Positions 52,740 to 63,541 of a stretch of DNA of 64,000 nt are shown here, piece by piece. The position numbers and the translations under genes were made by a program. How positions within the stretch are numbered: position 1 is the first letter of the stretch; each line of letters begins with the position of its first letter. Source of the DNA: a virus; the IMG/VR virus record IMGVR_UViG_3300037493_003528, positions 14,811-78,810 of that record, one strand, 5' to 3'. The notes below the pieces were generated by a model. The model saw only the letters and a program-made list of their open reading frames with translations, searched no databases and was not told the origin of the DNA.

Positions 52740-54089
52740 ATGAAAATAATCGTTAATGACATAAGTTGCAGTGTTGAAGATCCAATGGTTTTGCCTATAG
52801 TTAGGGAACTGTGTAGAGCTAAACCAAATGGATACAGATTTATGAGACGTTATAAATCTGGTAGATGGGATGGTTATGTGAGTTTGATGACAAGTTTTAG
52901 ATCTTTTCCAACAGGTTTGTTGAAATTAGTTAAAGAATGTTTAGAGGGAAGGGATTACAAGGTTGAGTTGGAAGATCATAGGAAATTCTTGGTTAGTAGA
53001 TCAGTTACTCCCGATTGTTTGTCTGGTGTTATATTGAGGGATTATCAGATAGAAGCTGCAAATGTTCTTATATCAAAAACACGTGGCGTTGCAAAAATGG
53101 CAACCAATGCAGGTAAGACAGAGGTCATGGCTGCAATGCTTTGGGGACTAGATTTTCCGCAATCACTGATATTGGTTCACAGGAAGGAACTCATGTATCA
53201 GACTGCGGAAAGGTTTGCTGAGAGGTTGGGTGTTAGAATAGGAATAATTGGGGATGGTAAGTTTGACAAGAGGGACATAACGGTTGCCATGATACAGACA
53301 ATATCCAATAAGTTTTGTGCAAAGGATTGGATAGATAATCAGGTTATTATGGTTGATGAGTGTCATCACATGTCTAGTAATCAACTCATGAATTTTTTGG
53401 TGAAGATACAAGGTAGTTATCGATATGGATTTTCTGGTACTCCTCTGAAACGTGAAAATTTATCTGATATGAAATTGGTATCCGCTACTAGTGATATTGA
53501 ATATGATATATCAAATAAGTTTCTGATAACTGAGGGATATTCAGCAGTGCCAATTGTTCACATTTACACTGTTGGATCTAAATCTAAAGATAATTGGAAG
53601 ATGGAATACCAACCTGCATATGATGAGTTTATTGTGAATAGTTCTGAGCGCAACAAAATCATTGCTAAAGTTGCTAAGGAATCAGTGGGTGTTACTCTGA
53701 TATTGGTTAATCGTATTCAGCATGGAGAGATTATTACTAGTCTTGTTCCTGGCTCTGTTATGATCGATGGCTCTGATAGTACGGATGTTAGGAGAGCAGT
53801 TTTGGATATGATGCGTTTGGAAAATACATCAGGTGTTTTTATTTCCAGTCCTATATTAGATGAAGGAGTCAATGTTCCCGAGATGAATGCTGTAATACTG
53901 GCTGGTGGTGGGAAGAGTCACATAAAGTTATTACAGCGGATAGGAAGAGGGATGCGTAAGAAGGGTGGTGATAATGTGTTGCACGTGTATGATTTTGTAG
54001 ATCGTGCCAATAAGCATTTGTTCAGTCATTCAGAAGAAAGAATTGGTACTTACATTGATGAAGGATTCAATCAGTTATTTGTCAATTAA
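52740..54089 (+). CDS. SF2 DEXH helicase (UvsW/XPB-like)
   Basis: LRDYQ, ATNAGKT, VDECHH, SGTP, DEGVNVP, QRIGRGMR. Confidence 0.9.
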   Translation: MKIIVNDISCSVEDPMVLPIVRELCRAKPNGYRFMRRYKSGRWDGYVSLMTSFRSFPTGLLKLVKECLEGRDYKVELEDHRKFLVSRSVTPDCLSGVILRDYQIEAANVLISKTRGVAKMATNAGKTEVMAAMLWGLDFPQSLILVHRKELMYQTAERFAERLGVRIGIIGDGKFDKRDITVAMIQTISNKFCAKDWIDNQVIMVDECHHMSSNQLMNFLVKIQGSYRYGFSGTPLKRENLSDMKLVSATSDIEYDISNKFLITEGYSAVPIVHIYTVGSKSKDNWKMEYQPAYDEFIVNSSERNKIIAKVAKESVGVTLILVNRIQHGEIITSLVPGSVMIDGSDSTDVRRAVLDMMRLENTSGVFISSPILDEGVNVPEMNAVILAGGGKSHIKLLQRIGRGMRKKGGDNVLHVYDFVDRANKHLFSHSEERIGTYIDEGFNQLFVN

Positions 54090-54633
54090 ACCAAACCTTG
54101 CCGTATTGTTCGAGAAGGCACAATACGAGATCCTTTGCGTAAGGTTTTACATAGTCAGTTCTAAGTGGTCAATCTTTTCAGTATTTGCAGATGATCTTAG
54201 GGAAAAGCAAATTGATGAGAAGAGTTATACATACACAATCGTTCAGTTGCTTAAGAGTTGGTTGGTAACTAAGAAATTCAAATCAATCCCAATAAATGTG
54301 TTTTGTGGTGATTGGGCACTGAATAGATATCTTAAGGTTTGTAACAGTGAAACGGTTACAATACATAAAGATGATAACTCAGATGAATTATTATATTCTG
54401 AGATGATGGTAGCAAAATATTATATATCCAAAAACTTGGATGGGGTGTTCAAGTATAAGGATGCAGTTACTGAACTGGAAAAGCTGTTGAGTGTAGCATG
54501 GTTGCGTTTGTATGAGGAAAACTTGATTACAGACAAGTTTAGGTATATTGCCGTTGATAGATTGGCAGAGGAATATGGTGTTGGGTTTTGTAAAAGTTAT
54601 AATGATATTATAGGTAAATTGTTATGCAATTAG
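54058..54633 (+). CDS. hypothetical protein in replication module
   Basis: ORF between helicases; start uncertain. Confidence 0.55.
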   Translation: MKDSISYLSIKPNLAVLFEKAQYEILCVRFYIVSSKWSIFSVFADDLREKQIDEKSYTYTIVQLLKSWLVTKKFKSIPINVFCGDWALNRYLKVCNSETVTIHKDDNSDELLYSEMMVAKYYISKNLDGVFKYKDAVTELEKLLSVAWLRLYEENLITDKFRYIAVDRLAEEYGVGFCKSYNDIIGKLLCN

Positions 54634-55898
54634 ATGATAAGTATCCATTCAATAGAGCATTCAGGTTAAAGATTTTATCCTTAATGTTGGATAAATTCTG
54701 GGTGACTCAGTATGGTATAGATCTTATTCAGCCTGAGTATTTCGAGTCGGATGATGAAGAGGAGATGTGTCGAGCGTTGATAGCTTATTGGGAGCATTAC
54801 AAAACTGTTCCTTCAGATCCTGAAGACATTATAGTTATGTCAGGTTCTGAAAATTCCCAATTTGTGTATGAGATTTTCGATTGTGATGAGGATATAAGGG
54901 TGGCATCTGATAAGGCTATTGAGTGGGCAAGAGAACAGAGCATGAAACTTGCCATTTTGGAATCTGTAGAATGTATCAAGAATAAGGATACTAAAAACAT
55001 CATACCTTTAGTGAAGAAAGCGTTGATGGTTGGTGATAATTTATTATCTCCAGGGATTGATGTTATTGCGGATACTGAACGGTGGTTGTATGATATCTTT
55101 GTTAATAAGGTTCGCACAGGCTGGACGCACGTTGATAGGATTCTTGGTGGTGGTCTTAGTGCTGGAGAACTGGGGATAATTTTAGCTCCTCCTAATCGTG
55201 GTAAATCTATGGGATTAATAAATATTGGATACGGTGCTGCAGGTATTGGCAGTGGTAAGAATGTTGCGCACTTTACGCACGAGATGCATCAGGGAATTGT
55301 TGCTAAGAGATATGCAGCACGTTTGACATTCAGATTCCCAAACAAGGATGAAAATATTGAACGGTATGAAGATGATCTCATAAAATCTGCCATGAAATTG
55401 ATGCCAGGAAAAGTGCGAGTTATTCATCAATCTAAAATGACTGTAGATGATATGGATAATCGATTAGAGAGGATGTCGGCAGAAGGCTTCAACCTTGGAT
55501 TAATAGTAGACGATTACGCAGATCTTATGGTTCCCACAAAAAGATATACTGAAAAGCGTTATGAATTATCATCTATATATGAGGATTTGCGAGCGTTGGG
55601 TGATAAGTGGGGTGTTCCTGTTTGGAGCGCATCACAATCTAATAGAGCATCGTTATCCAAAGAGTTAATCACAATGGCAGATATAGCAGAAGATATTGGG
55701 AAGGCAGCAATTTCTGATGTTATTGTTGCAATGTGTCAAACAAGGGATGAGAGGTTGGTTGATCAGTGCCGATTGTTTATGGCAAAGGTAAGAGATGGAG
55801 AAAATTTAGCATTGTTCGATGCCAAATATTATTCTAGGTCTCAGACAATTATTACTACTGGTGCAACTGCACCAAAGGATAATGATCAGGATGTTTGA
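54624..55898 (+). CDS. DnaB-like replicative helicase
   Basis: APPNRGKS, IVDDYADL, WSASQSNR, KVRDG. Confidence 0.9.
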   Translation: MQLDDKYPFNRAFRLKILSLMLDKFWVTQYGIDLIQPEYFESDDEEEMCRALIAYWEHYKTVPSDPEDIIVMSGSENSQFVYEIFDCDEDIRVASDKAIEWAREQSMKLAILESVECIKNKDTKNIIPLVKKALMVGDNLLSPGIDVIADTERWLYDIFVNKVRTGWTHVDRILGGGLSAGELGIILAPPNRGKSMGLINIGYGAAGIGSGKNVAHFTHEMHQGIVAKRYAARLTFRFPNKDENIERYEDDLIKSAMKLMPGKVRVIHQSKMTVDDMDNRLERMSAEGFNLGLIVDDYADLMVPTKRYTEKRYELSSIYEDLRALGDKWGVPVWSASQSNRASLSKELITMADIAEDIGKAAISDVIVAMCQTRDERLVDQCRLFMAKVRDGENLALFDAKYYSRSQTIITTGATAPKDNDQDV

Positions 55899-56781
55899 TA
55901 TATCAGATTTTATGTATAGAAATTTTGATGTGCATGAAACTGATAATGATTTGCACGTATGTTGTCCTTTCTGTGATTTTGATGATAAATATCATTTGTC
56001 GGTTTGTAAGAAAAAACACGTTAGTCACTGTTACAAATGTGGTTATAAGGCATCTTGGATAACTTTGGTCATGAATGTTCTACATTGCTCATATATTGTG
56101 GCAATGTCTGAACTTTATGTCAAACCAACCTTAAATAATGGTCATTCTAAGCGTGTTATTGATGATAAAGGTATAAATTCATCGTTAGGATTGCAAAGCC
56201 TGCCATCCGACTTCAAAAGTTTATACAATGGACGTACTGGAGAATTTGCTAGAAAATATCTTGAGAAACGTGGATTTTTTAGTGAAATATGGAAGAAATA
56301 TAATCTTGGAGTATGTGAAAGTACACATCCATATAGGGTTGTCATACCAATAGAAGATGGTTACTATCAGGCTCGTGCTACATTGAAATGGATGGATCCA
56401 AAATACATTAATCCAAAATCAAATGCGAGAAATTATTTGTTCAATTCTGTTGCGTTGGATAATTACGATGAAGTTGTAATATGTGAGGGAGCATTTTCTG
56501 CCATGGCTGTTGGTGATAATGCAATTGCATTAATAGGAAAAGAGCCTGTTAGGGAAAAGATAGAGCGTTTGGTTAATTCAACTGTTGGAACGTTTTGTGT
56601 TGCACTTGACCATGGAGCTGGCTATTGGTCAATGAAATTATCTGAGGCACTTAGTAGGGCAGGGAAGATGGTTATTGTATGGGATTTTTTGGATGATCGT
56701 GATCCTGCCGATGGTGGGGAGTATAAAGAATATAATTACGATTTGAGGAATAAAGTATTTTTGATGATGAAGCAAGTTTAG
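55891..56781 (+). CDS. DNA primase (zinc finger + TOPRIM)
   Basis: CPFC..HCYKC, KYINP, ICEGAFSA, ALD, DPAD. Confidence 0.85.
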   Translation: MFDISDFMYRNFDVHETDNDLHVCCPFCDFDDKYHLSVCKKKHVSHCYKCGYKASWITLVMNVLHCSYIVAMSELYVKPTLNNGHSKRVIDDKGINSSLGLQSLPSDFKSLYNGRTGEFARKYLEKRGFFSEIWKKYNLGVCESTHPYRVVIPIEDGYYQARATLKWMDPKYINPKSNARNYLFNSVALDNYDEVVICEGAFSAMAVGDNAIALIGKEPVREKIERLVNSTVGTFCVALDHGAGYWSMKLSEALSRAGKMVIVWDFLDDRDPADGGEYKEYNYDLRNKVFLMMKQV

Positions 56782-56783
56782 TA
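56773..56783 (+). promoter_or_regulatory. promoter-like motif CAAGTTTAGTA
   Basis: Overlaps TAG stop of primase. Confidence 0.6.
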
Positions 56784-56805
56784 TATATAGAAACAAGGAA
56801 ATCCA

Positions 56806-56818
56806 ACGAATTATTCGT
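56806..56818. promoter_or_regulatory. palindromic operator-like site ACGAATTATTCGT
   Basis: Just upstream of a sigma70-like -35 box. Confidence 0.6.
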
Positions 56819-56827
56819 GCGAAACTC

Positions 56828-56856
56828 TTTACTTTTCAATGAAAATGAAGTATAAT
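56828..56856 (+). promoter_or_regulatory. sigma70-like promoter
   Basis: TTTACT-N17-TATAAT upstream of UvrD-like gene. Confidence 0.6.
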
Positions 56857-56897
56857 GAAGTTAGGTCGGCACACTTATTATCTTATGGAGGCAATAG

Positions 56898-58523
56898 ATG
56901 AATAAAATTTTATGTCCTGAATGTGGCAAGGCATTGGTGAAACGTGAGCGTCGATCGGATGGAAAACCTTTTTGGGGGTGCTCAGGTTTTCCCATTTGTA
57001 GGAAGATAGTAAACTGGACAAGCGATACTCAGGAAGTAGAAAAGAAAGTAGTCTTCGTAAAAGAGGATGTTTTCCTGCCATCTGAATATCAGGTTGCTAT
57101 TTATGATTGGGTCAAGTCTCACATGGCAGATGGTGGTGGGAAACGTGCCTTGGTTGTGAAGGCTCTTGCTGGTTCTGGTAAGACCACCACTGGTGTGAAG
57201 ATGCTGTCATTCCTGTCGAAGGATTTGGATATCATCTACCTAGCATTCAATAATCGGATAGCAGAACATATGCGGACAAAGTTACCTGATTATGTGAATT
57301 GCAAGACGTACCATGCACTTGGATTTGCTGCAATTCGTGGATTTGAGAAGAATGTTACCGTCGATAAAGATAAGGTTAATAAGATAATAGACCGTTTCTT
57401 GGATCCATATTCCCAGAGAAGTTTATACAGTCCCATACAGCAAATTGTAAGTTTGGTCAAGGCAAATTTAACGTCTACTTCTGTAGAAGATTTGCAGTTC
57501 ATTGTAGATCGTTACGGTATAGAATTGAATGGCGATGCGGATATGATTTTCGGTGTGATTCCCAGTATCATAGAACAGTGCAAGGCTATGACCAACATCA
57601 TCGATTTTGATGATATGTGCTGGTTACCAGTAGTTTTGGATCTTCCCATGAAGAAATTCAATTTCATATTTGTCGATGAAGCGCAAGATACTAACAAAGT
57701 ACAGATAGCGTTAGCTCTTATGAGTATGGATGAGGAATCACGGATCGTGGCGGTGGGTGACGAATATCAGTCAATCTATGGATTTCGTGGTGCCGACGTT
57801 GATGCGATTCCTAATCTTATCCAACATTTTGATGCGGATGTTTTACCACTATCGGTAACCTACCGCTGTCCCAGGAGTCACGTCTTGCAGATTAACAGAT
57901 TGTTCCCTGATATTGGTCTTGAGTTTGCTCCTGATGCTAAGGACGGTATTATCAGGAATATCACTAAGGCAGATTTTATCAAGGAAGTTAAACCTGCTGA
58001 TATGGTGCTGTGCAGAACCAATGCACCGTTAGTTCCTCATGCCTTCTCGCTGATACGTGATGGATTGAAGGCAGTCATTTTGGGACGTGATATCGGAACA
58101 GGGTTGATAACTATGATCCGCAAGACGGTCAAGAAGCAGAGGATAAGCAACATTAACGAATTAATTGTTGCATTAACTGAGTACTCTAGTCGTGAATCTC
58201 AGAAATTGTCAGATCAGAACAAAAATGCACAGGCTCAGGCTCTACAAGATAAGACTGAGACAATCTTTGCCTTATGCGATGGGATTGATACTATAGATGA
58301 ATTGGAAGGGAAAATAAATTCAATTTTCTCTGATGACGTAGAAGGTGTGGTTTTCTCGTCAGTTCATAAGGCAAAAGGTTTGGAAGCAGAGAGAGTTTAT
58401 ATTCTGCATTCCGAGCTGATGCCTCATCCTATGGCAAAGTCATCTTGGGAAGTTCAACAGGAAAATAATATAAAGTATGTGGCTTATACACGATCACTGA
58501 GTGAATTAATTTTTGTTGGTTAA
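56898..58523 (+). CDS. UvrD/Rep-like SF1 helicase with N-terminal topoisomerase-type zinc ribbon
   Basis: CPECG..FWGCSGFPIC; ALAGSGKT, VDEAQD, GDEYQSIYGFRGA, HKAKGLE, YVAYTR. Confidence 0.9.
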   Translation: MNKILCPECGKALVKRERRSDGKPFWGCSGFPICRKIVNWTSDTQEVEKKVVFVKEDVFLPSEYQVAIYDWVKSHMADGGGKRALVVKALAGSGKTTTGVKMLSFLSKDLDIIYLAFNNRIAEHMRTKLPDYVNCKTYHALGFAAIRGFEKNVTVDKDKVNKIIDRFLDPYSQRSLYSPIQQIVSLVKANLTSTSVEDLQFIVDRYGIELNGDADMIFGVIPSIIEQCKAMTNIIDFDDMCWLPVVLDLPMKKFNFIFVDEAQDTNKVQIALALMSMDEESRIVAVGDEYQSIYGFRGADVDAIPNLIQHFDADVLPLSVTYRCPRSHVLQINRLFPDIGLEFAPDAKDGIIRNITKADFIKEVKPADMVLCRTNAPLVPHAFSLIRDGLKAVILGRDIGTGLITMIRKTVKKQRISNINELIVALTEYSSRESQKLSDQNKNAQAQALQDKTETIFALCDGIDTIDELEGKINSIFSDDVEGVVFSSVHKAKGLEAERVYILHSELMPHPMAKSSWEVQQENNIKYVAYTRSLSELIFVG

Positions 58524-58534
58524 CAAGTTTAGTA
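58524..58534 (+). promoter_or_regulatory. promoter-like motif CAAGTTTAGTA
   Basis: Upstream of 58569. Confidence 0.6.
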
Positions 58535-58568
58535 TAATTGGCACAATAATTTATTTATGGAGGCAATA

Positions 58569-59141
58569 ATGGAAGCGACACTTCAGGAATCTATTCAGAG
58601 TTTGGATATGGAAAAGTTTGTGTATTACCTAGCGCATAAGAACTCCTCGGATGTTATTGGAATGGAGTTCGATGATGTGGTCAGTGAGTTGAATGAGGAA
58701 TTGATTAAAGGTTTAGCGTACTATTCACCGAAGAATTTGCCGATGGAACAAATGAGAGCTCTGATGAGAAGGATGCTTGATAATAGGATAAGTGAGTTGA
58801 AATATAAGTATTTTGTAACGTACAGGAAGAATTACCTGAATGCTACATCTATAGAAACAGATATTTTATCAACCAAACTAAGAGCAAGAAATGATCCAGT
58901 TTCTATCATAGAATCCAATGACAGGGTATTTAGTGTCAGGAGTAAGTTGTCTGGTGATGCTGTAACGGTGTTCGATTATGTAATTCTTGGTGACGGTTTG
59001 GTTGATATGAAATTCACAGATTGTACTAAGAAGTTACATTATGCACAATTAGCTATTGTGTTGGGAATGTCTGATAGGATTGTTAAGATGGCATTGGTTG
59101 AGATAAAAGAAACGTACTCGGAGGTACTAGATGAAAATTAA
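58569..59141 (+). CDS. sigma-factor-like / HTH transcription protein (start revised to 58569)
   Basis: GGAGG RBS; FDDVVSEL, C-terminal YAQLAIVLGMSDRIVK HTH-like. Confidence 0.5.
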   Translation: MEATLQESIQSLDMEKFVYYLAHKNSSDVIGMEFDDVVSELNEELIKGLAYYSPKNLPMEQMRALMRRMLDNRISELKYKYFVTYRKNYLNATSIETDILSTKLRARNDPVSIIESNDRVFSVRSKLSGDAVTVFDYVILGDGLVDMKFTDCTKKLHYAQLAIVLGMSDRIVKMALVEIKETYSEVLDEN

Positions 59142-59631
59142 TGATGATCTAATAAGAGATCTATATTCAGATTTTACTAAGGAAGAAGTTTTTGAGGTAG
59201 CTAAGGAAGTGGGGGTGGATTATGTACTGGGTGATAGGGTGAAGGTTCTACTTAAAGCAATTCTCACTAAGATTATAGAAGATAAACCGAAAACTGGAAA
59301 ATTGTCAAATGTAACATTTGAGTTCCTGGTTGCAGCAGAAGTCATTGATGACATTGATGGGAAATATATTTATTTAGATAAGCCTGATATTTACATATTT
59401 GGTGATGATACTGTTGTTGTTGATGAGGGAGAGAAGGTTCCTGCATGTTTTGGATGCGCTGATGCGAAAGATCCATCATGTTCGAAATGCAAAGTTTTTG
59501 ATAATTGTGTTATTGCAAGAGTTGCTAATCGTCCTCCATGTTTCGGAGAAGCATACTTTGCTAATAGCAACGAATGTATATTGTGTATAGAGGCACTTAA
59601 TTGTAATGCTGTAATACTTAGTAAAAAGTAA
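59131..59631 (+). CDS. Cys-rich hypothetical protein
   Basis: Two PxCFG...CxxC...C units. Confidence 0.6.
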   Translation: MKINDDLIRDLYSDFTKEEVFEVAKEVGVDYVLGDRVKVLLKAILTKIIEDKPKTGKLSNVTFEFLVAAEVIDDIDGKYIYLDKPDIYIFGDDTVVVDEGEKVPACFGCADAKDPSCSKCKVFDNCVIARVANRPPCFGEAYFANSNECILCIEALNCNAVILSKK

Positions 59632-59641
59632 AGGAGTTAAT

Positions 59642-60310
59642 ATGAAAAGGCACATTATTAATCGTGGTACTGTAAGGAAAGTAGATCATGAGTCTGAGCC
59701 TGAGGAAGTAGTTGAGGAAGTAGTTGAGGCAGAATCTTTGTATAATCAGACTGAAGAAGAAGAAGTTGATGATAATGATGAATCCTTCAATCTTGCAGCG
59801 GTTTTGCGCAAGAAGTTATCAAAGAAAGAGCCTAGGACAAAGACTGTTTCATCGATTATTGATAAGGATGGTGTTCTCATAGAGCATGAAGAGCCTGTTC
59901 TGCGTAAGAAAGGTTCTAGTCCTATAATTGATATTTTGGATTACATGAAGGTTGGCACTGTCCTGATGGTTTTGCGTGAGGATAGGGATTCCTGGAAAGT
60001 TACAGTAACAGATGATAAGTTTTCTGGGATAATTCATCCGATAGCTATGGGAACCAAATTGTCTGGTAAAGCGTTTTGGGATACTGTTGCGAGTCCTGAT
60101 TACCTAAAATGGAGTCGTGAGTGGAGTAACCTTACCATGGCTGAAAAGAAGAGCCGTGCTATAAAGCTAGGTGTAACTTGGGAAAAGAATGCTAATCCAA
60201 AGATTGAAGCAATGCTTCTGACTGCAGCAGTTCGGGAACATTTGGGAATTTCCAAATACAAACCTGAATATGCAACCAGAGGGTCACGTTCCAATATTCG
60301 TGCTCATTAA
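59642..60310 (+). CDS. hypothetical protein
   Basis: AAGGAG RBS; acidic N-terminal, basic C-terminal. Confidence 0.6.
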   Translation: MKRHIINRGTVRKVDHESEPEEVVEEVVEAESLYNQTEEEEVDDNDESFNLAAVLRKKLSKKEPRTKTVSSIIDKDGVLIEHEEPVLRKKGSSPIIDILDYMKVGTVLMVLREDRDSWKVTVTDDKFSGIIHPIAMGTKLSGKAFWDTVASPDYLKWSREWSNLTMAEKKSRAIKLGVTWEKNANPKIEAMLLTAAVREHLGISKYKPEYATRGSRSNIRAH

Positions 60311-60319
60311 GGAGTTATT

Positions 60320-61405
60320 ATGCGTAAACAGATAAATGTTGCTATTATTGGAGTTGGAAATTGTGCATCTTCATTGGTGCAGGGTGTTGAATTTTATATG
60401 AATGTTCATGATACAGATGATAGAATCCCTGGACTTATGCATAACGTATTGGGTGGGTACGCTGTAGGTGATATAAAATTCGTTGCTGCAATTGATGTTG
60501 TATCCACTAAGGTTGGTTTTGATCTATCACAGGCTATATGGTCTTATCCTAACAACACTATAAAGTTTGCAGATGTACCAATGTTGGGTGTGAATGTTGA
60601 ACGTGGTATGGTGCATGATGGATTAGGTAAGTACCTATCCAAAATAGTCACAAAATCAGATCATCAGACTGTTGACATTGTTAGATTATTAAAAGACACA
60701 AATACAGATGTTGTTGTTAACTTTCTACCTGTTGGATCTGAAGAAGCTACAAAGTGGTATGTGGAACAGGTATTAACAGCTGGGTGTGCGTTTGTCAATG
60801 CTATACCTGTGTTTATTGCCAGTCAGCCATATTGGCAAGAGAGATTTAGGGAGGCTGGTCTTCCAGTTCTTGGAGATGATGTTAAGAGTCAGGTAGGTGC
60901 TACTATTACGCATCGTGTTTTGACTAGTCTGTTCGTGGATCGTGGTGTAAGGTTGGATCATACATACCAACTAAATTTTGGTGGTAATACCGATTTTATG
61001 AATATGTTAGAACGTGAGCGTTTGGAATCTAAGAAGATATCTAAAACAGGTGCAGTTACGAGTATGTTACCATATGCCATGAATCCAAATGATGTTCACG
61101 TTGGTCCTAGTGATTATGTTCCGTGGTTATCTGATAGAAAGTTCTGCTATATTCAGATGGAGGGTACGACGTTTGGAAATGTTCCTTTGAAGTGTGAAGT
61201 GAAACTTGAAGTATGGGACAGTCCCAACTCTGCAGGTGTAATAATTGACGCAATTCGTTGCGCTAAACTTGCCTTGGATAGAAGGTTGGTAGGAGAGATA
61301 GCGTTACCTTCTTCATACTTTTTCAAGACTCCCCCAATTCAGTTTAATGATGATGAATGCAAAAAATTCACGGAAGAGTTCATAGATGGCAGTAGAAACT
61401 ACTAA
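60320..61405 (+). CDS. ino1: myo-inositol-1-phosphate synthase
   Basis: [52 protein letters not shown]. Confidence 0.95.
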   Translation: MRKQINVAIIGVGNCASSLVQGVEFYMNVHDTDDRIPGLMHNVLGGYAVGDIKFVAAIDVVSTKVGFDLSQAIWSYPNNTIKFADVPMLGVNVERGMVHDGLGKYLSKIVTKSDHQTVDIVRLLKDTNTDVVVNFLPVGSEEATKWYVEQVLTAGCAFVNAIPVFIASQPYWQERFREAGLPVLGDDVKSQVGATITHRVLTSLFVDRGVRLDHTYQLNFGGNTDFMNMLERERLESKKISKTGAVTSMLPYAMNPNDVHVGPSDYVPWLSDRKFCYIQMEGTTFGNVPLKCEVKLEVWDSPNSAGVIIDAIRCAKLALDRRLVGEIALPSSYFFKTPPIQFNDDECKKFTEEFIDGSRNY

Positions 61406-62066
61406 TTTATATATGCACAAGACTGGTGCATGGTTGCGTAGGGATACGCACGATAAATACGTTATACGGCAAATAAATCAATATAGATCATTGAACATAA
61501 TTCCTGGTTGTAGAGTATTGGATATAGGTGGTCATATTGGTTTATTTGCTAGATATGCTATTGACTGCGGTGCATTACACGTTCTTAGCATAGAACCACA
61601 CCCAGGGAATTGTGATGTATTTGAACTAAATGTTAAAAATTATCCAGATGTGGAATTGATAGAAGCAGCAGTTGTACCTAGAAGTTGTAATGAATCTGAA
61701 ATAAATTTTTATGAGAGTACCACTGATACAAGTGCGCACTCAATTGTTCCAATTCGTGGTCGTAATGTTTTTACAGTAGATACCATTAAGTTTGAGAAAG
61801 TTTTATGTGAGGAAGTAAATTCTAAGTCTGTTGTCATTAAAATTGACATAGAAGGTGGTGAGTTTGGATTATTTCAGGAAATTATAGAATTATTTCCACT
61901 GTATAAAGTATGGTCATTTGCCATAGAATTTCATTTTGGAAAGCCTGGATCTAGGGAATTGACTAGGGAATTTATAAGGAAATTAGATTTGTTATATACT
62001 GCAACAAGAATTGCAAATGTTACGGATAAGGCTTGGAATGCCACAGGAGTTTGGAATGGGACATAG
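61386..62066 (+). CDS. FkbM-family methyltransferase
   Basis: [22 protein letters not shown]. Confidence 0.85.
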   Translation: MAVETTNLYMHKTGAWLRRDTHDKYVIRQINQYRSLNIIPGCRVLDIGGHIGLFARYAIDCGALHVLSIEPHPGNCDVFELNVKNYPDVELIEAAVVPRSCNESEINFYESTTDTSAHSIVPIRGRNVFTVDTIKFEKVLCEEVNSKSVVIKIDIEGGEFGLFQEIIELFPLYKVWSFAIEFHFGKPGSRELTREFIRKLDLLYTATRIANVTDKAWNATGVWNGT

Positions 62067-63090
62067 AGATTTAGATTTATTGAATAGTTTATCTACAAAT
62101 CAGCATTGGGAATCCTTCATAGAATTTTGTGAGTATGATATGTTGTCTGGTGGACCAGATGCTCATCTTACATTAGCAGGTAATATGAGTAAAGGTTTAC
62201 CATTATTAGAGAGATTGTGGCATGCTGGAGTTTATGTAGGTGTTTATAATGTTCCAACAGCTGAGTTGTTGTGGACAACATTTACTCATAACGAAATGAT
62301 AAATATTTCGTTATTAGATCTTACGAATTGGTTAACAGAAAATTGGGGTGGTATTGCTACTAGAAGGGAACGGAAGTGTGTAAGGATTCCTGCTAATATG
62401 GCATTTTACCTTAAGAATTTTGCAGATTGGGCAGTTACACTTATAGGTAGTAAATATTACGATACAAATGGTGGTACTGCTGAATCTAAGTACGAAGATT
62501 TGTGGGAACACTCACAAAAATCAGTAAAGTTTTTAGGACGTTATTCTGGATTCAAGTTCTTGGAGTTTGCAGAGAAATTTTGTGATCTACAAATACGGTT
62601 GCCTGATATACGTCCTAAGGGTGGTTGGAGTCCTAGATCTATGCTATCAATATTGTATCCTGAGCACAAAGAGATATTATTGGGGGATGATTCTAAAAGT
62701 AATTTGGATGCCATTAATGTGATAGCAGATAAAGCGTTAGTGCGGTTGCGTGATGCTGGACAAGATGTTGATATGTTCAAGATGGAAGTGTTTTTATGTG
62801 ATTACAAACAATGCTATTTTGGAAGACGGCAATATCCTGGTAGGTCGCAAGATAGTGAGATTGCATACATGACTAAATTACAAGAATATTGGGATTTTGA
62901 TTTTCAGATGGTAAAGATGCGAGCTAAGATATTTCCACATTGGGCATTAGGAGAATTGAATGGTTGGGTAAATGTGCGAAATGAGTTGGGTGCGGTGTTG
63001 CATGATCATGGTTATATGTGGTCAGATAGTTTATATGATTACAAAAATACAATTGATTTATCTGTTCCAACATCAAAGGTGTGTTTATGA
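62056..63090 (+). CDS. aGPT-Pplase-like (amino acid:DNA transferase family) base-modification enzyme (start revised to 62056)
   Basis: Helical HhH-glycosylase-like pattern RRERK..FLGRYSGFKFLE..EVFLCDYK..YPG; next to 5hmU kinase-like gene. Confidence 0.6.
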   Translation: MGHRDLDLLNSLSTNQHWESFIEFCEYDMLSGGPDAHLTLAGNMSKGLPLLERLWHAGVYVGVYNVPTAELLWTTFTHNEMINISLLDLTNWLTENWGGIATRRERKCVRIPANMAFYLKNFADWAVTLIGSKYYDTNGGTAESKYEDLWEHSQKSVKFLGRYSGFKFLEFAEKFCDLQIRLPDIRPKGGWSPRSMLSILYPEHKEILLGDDSKSNLDAINVIADKALVRLRDAGQDVDMFKMEVFLCDYKQCYFGRRQYPGRSQDSEIAYMTKLQEYWDFDFQMVKMRAKIFPHWALGELNGWVNVRNELGAVLHDHGYMWSDSLYDYKNTIDLSVPTSKVCL

Positions 63091-63515
63091 AATTCACAAC
63101 TATAATTCCAGGTAAGTTGTATCAAGGTGCTGAGTTTAAGAGTAACTTAACAGCAGATGATAAAATGTCAATACTAGACTGTCAGGGTATAGATGTTGTT
63201 ATTAATGTATACAAAAATGAAGATAATTTGTTAGCGAAATGTTTACATCGTTATATTTATCATCCACTGTCAGATGGAACAAAGATTGATGGAACAATAA
63301 ATATTGTTGCTGGAACAGCGTCTGGTCTCATACGAGAGGGACATACAATTTTTACACATTGTCATGCTGGACGAAACAGAAGTGGTTTTGTGAATGCATT
63401 GATAGTCATGAAAGTTTTAAGGATTAGTGGGAAGGATGCGTTGGAATATGTTAGGATGAAGAGACCTGGAGCTATAGATAATATATATTTTGAGCAGTAT
63501 TTGTTGTCATTATAA
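63087..63515 (+). CDS. dual-specificity / PTP-like phosphatase
   Basis: HCHAGRNRS catalytic loop. Confidence 0.88.
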   Translation: MKFTTIIPGKLYQGAEFKSNLTADDKMSILDCQGIDVVINVYKNEDNLLAKCLHRYIYHPLSDGTKIDGTINIVAGTASGLIREGHTIFTHCHAGRNRSGFVNALIVMKVLRISGKDALEYVRMKRPGAIDNIYFEQYLLSL

Positions 63516-63526
63516 CAAGTTTAGTG
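63516..63526 (+). promoter_or_regulatory. promoter-like motif variant CAAGTTTAGTG
   Basis: Upstream of 63542. Confidence 0.55.
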
Positions 63527-63541
63527 TGTTAGGAGAATATT

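Noticed and set aside
56806-56818. LexA SOS box
   Set aside because: Does not fit GAAC-N4-GTTC spacing; kept as an unknown operator.
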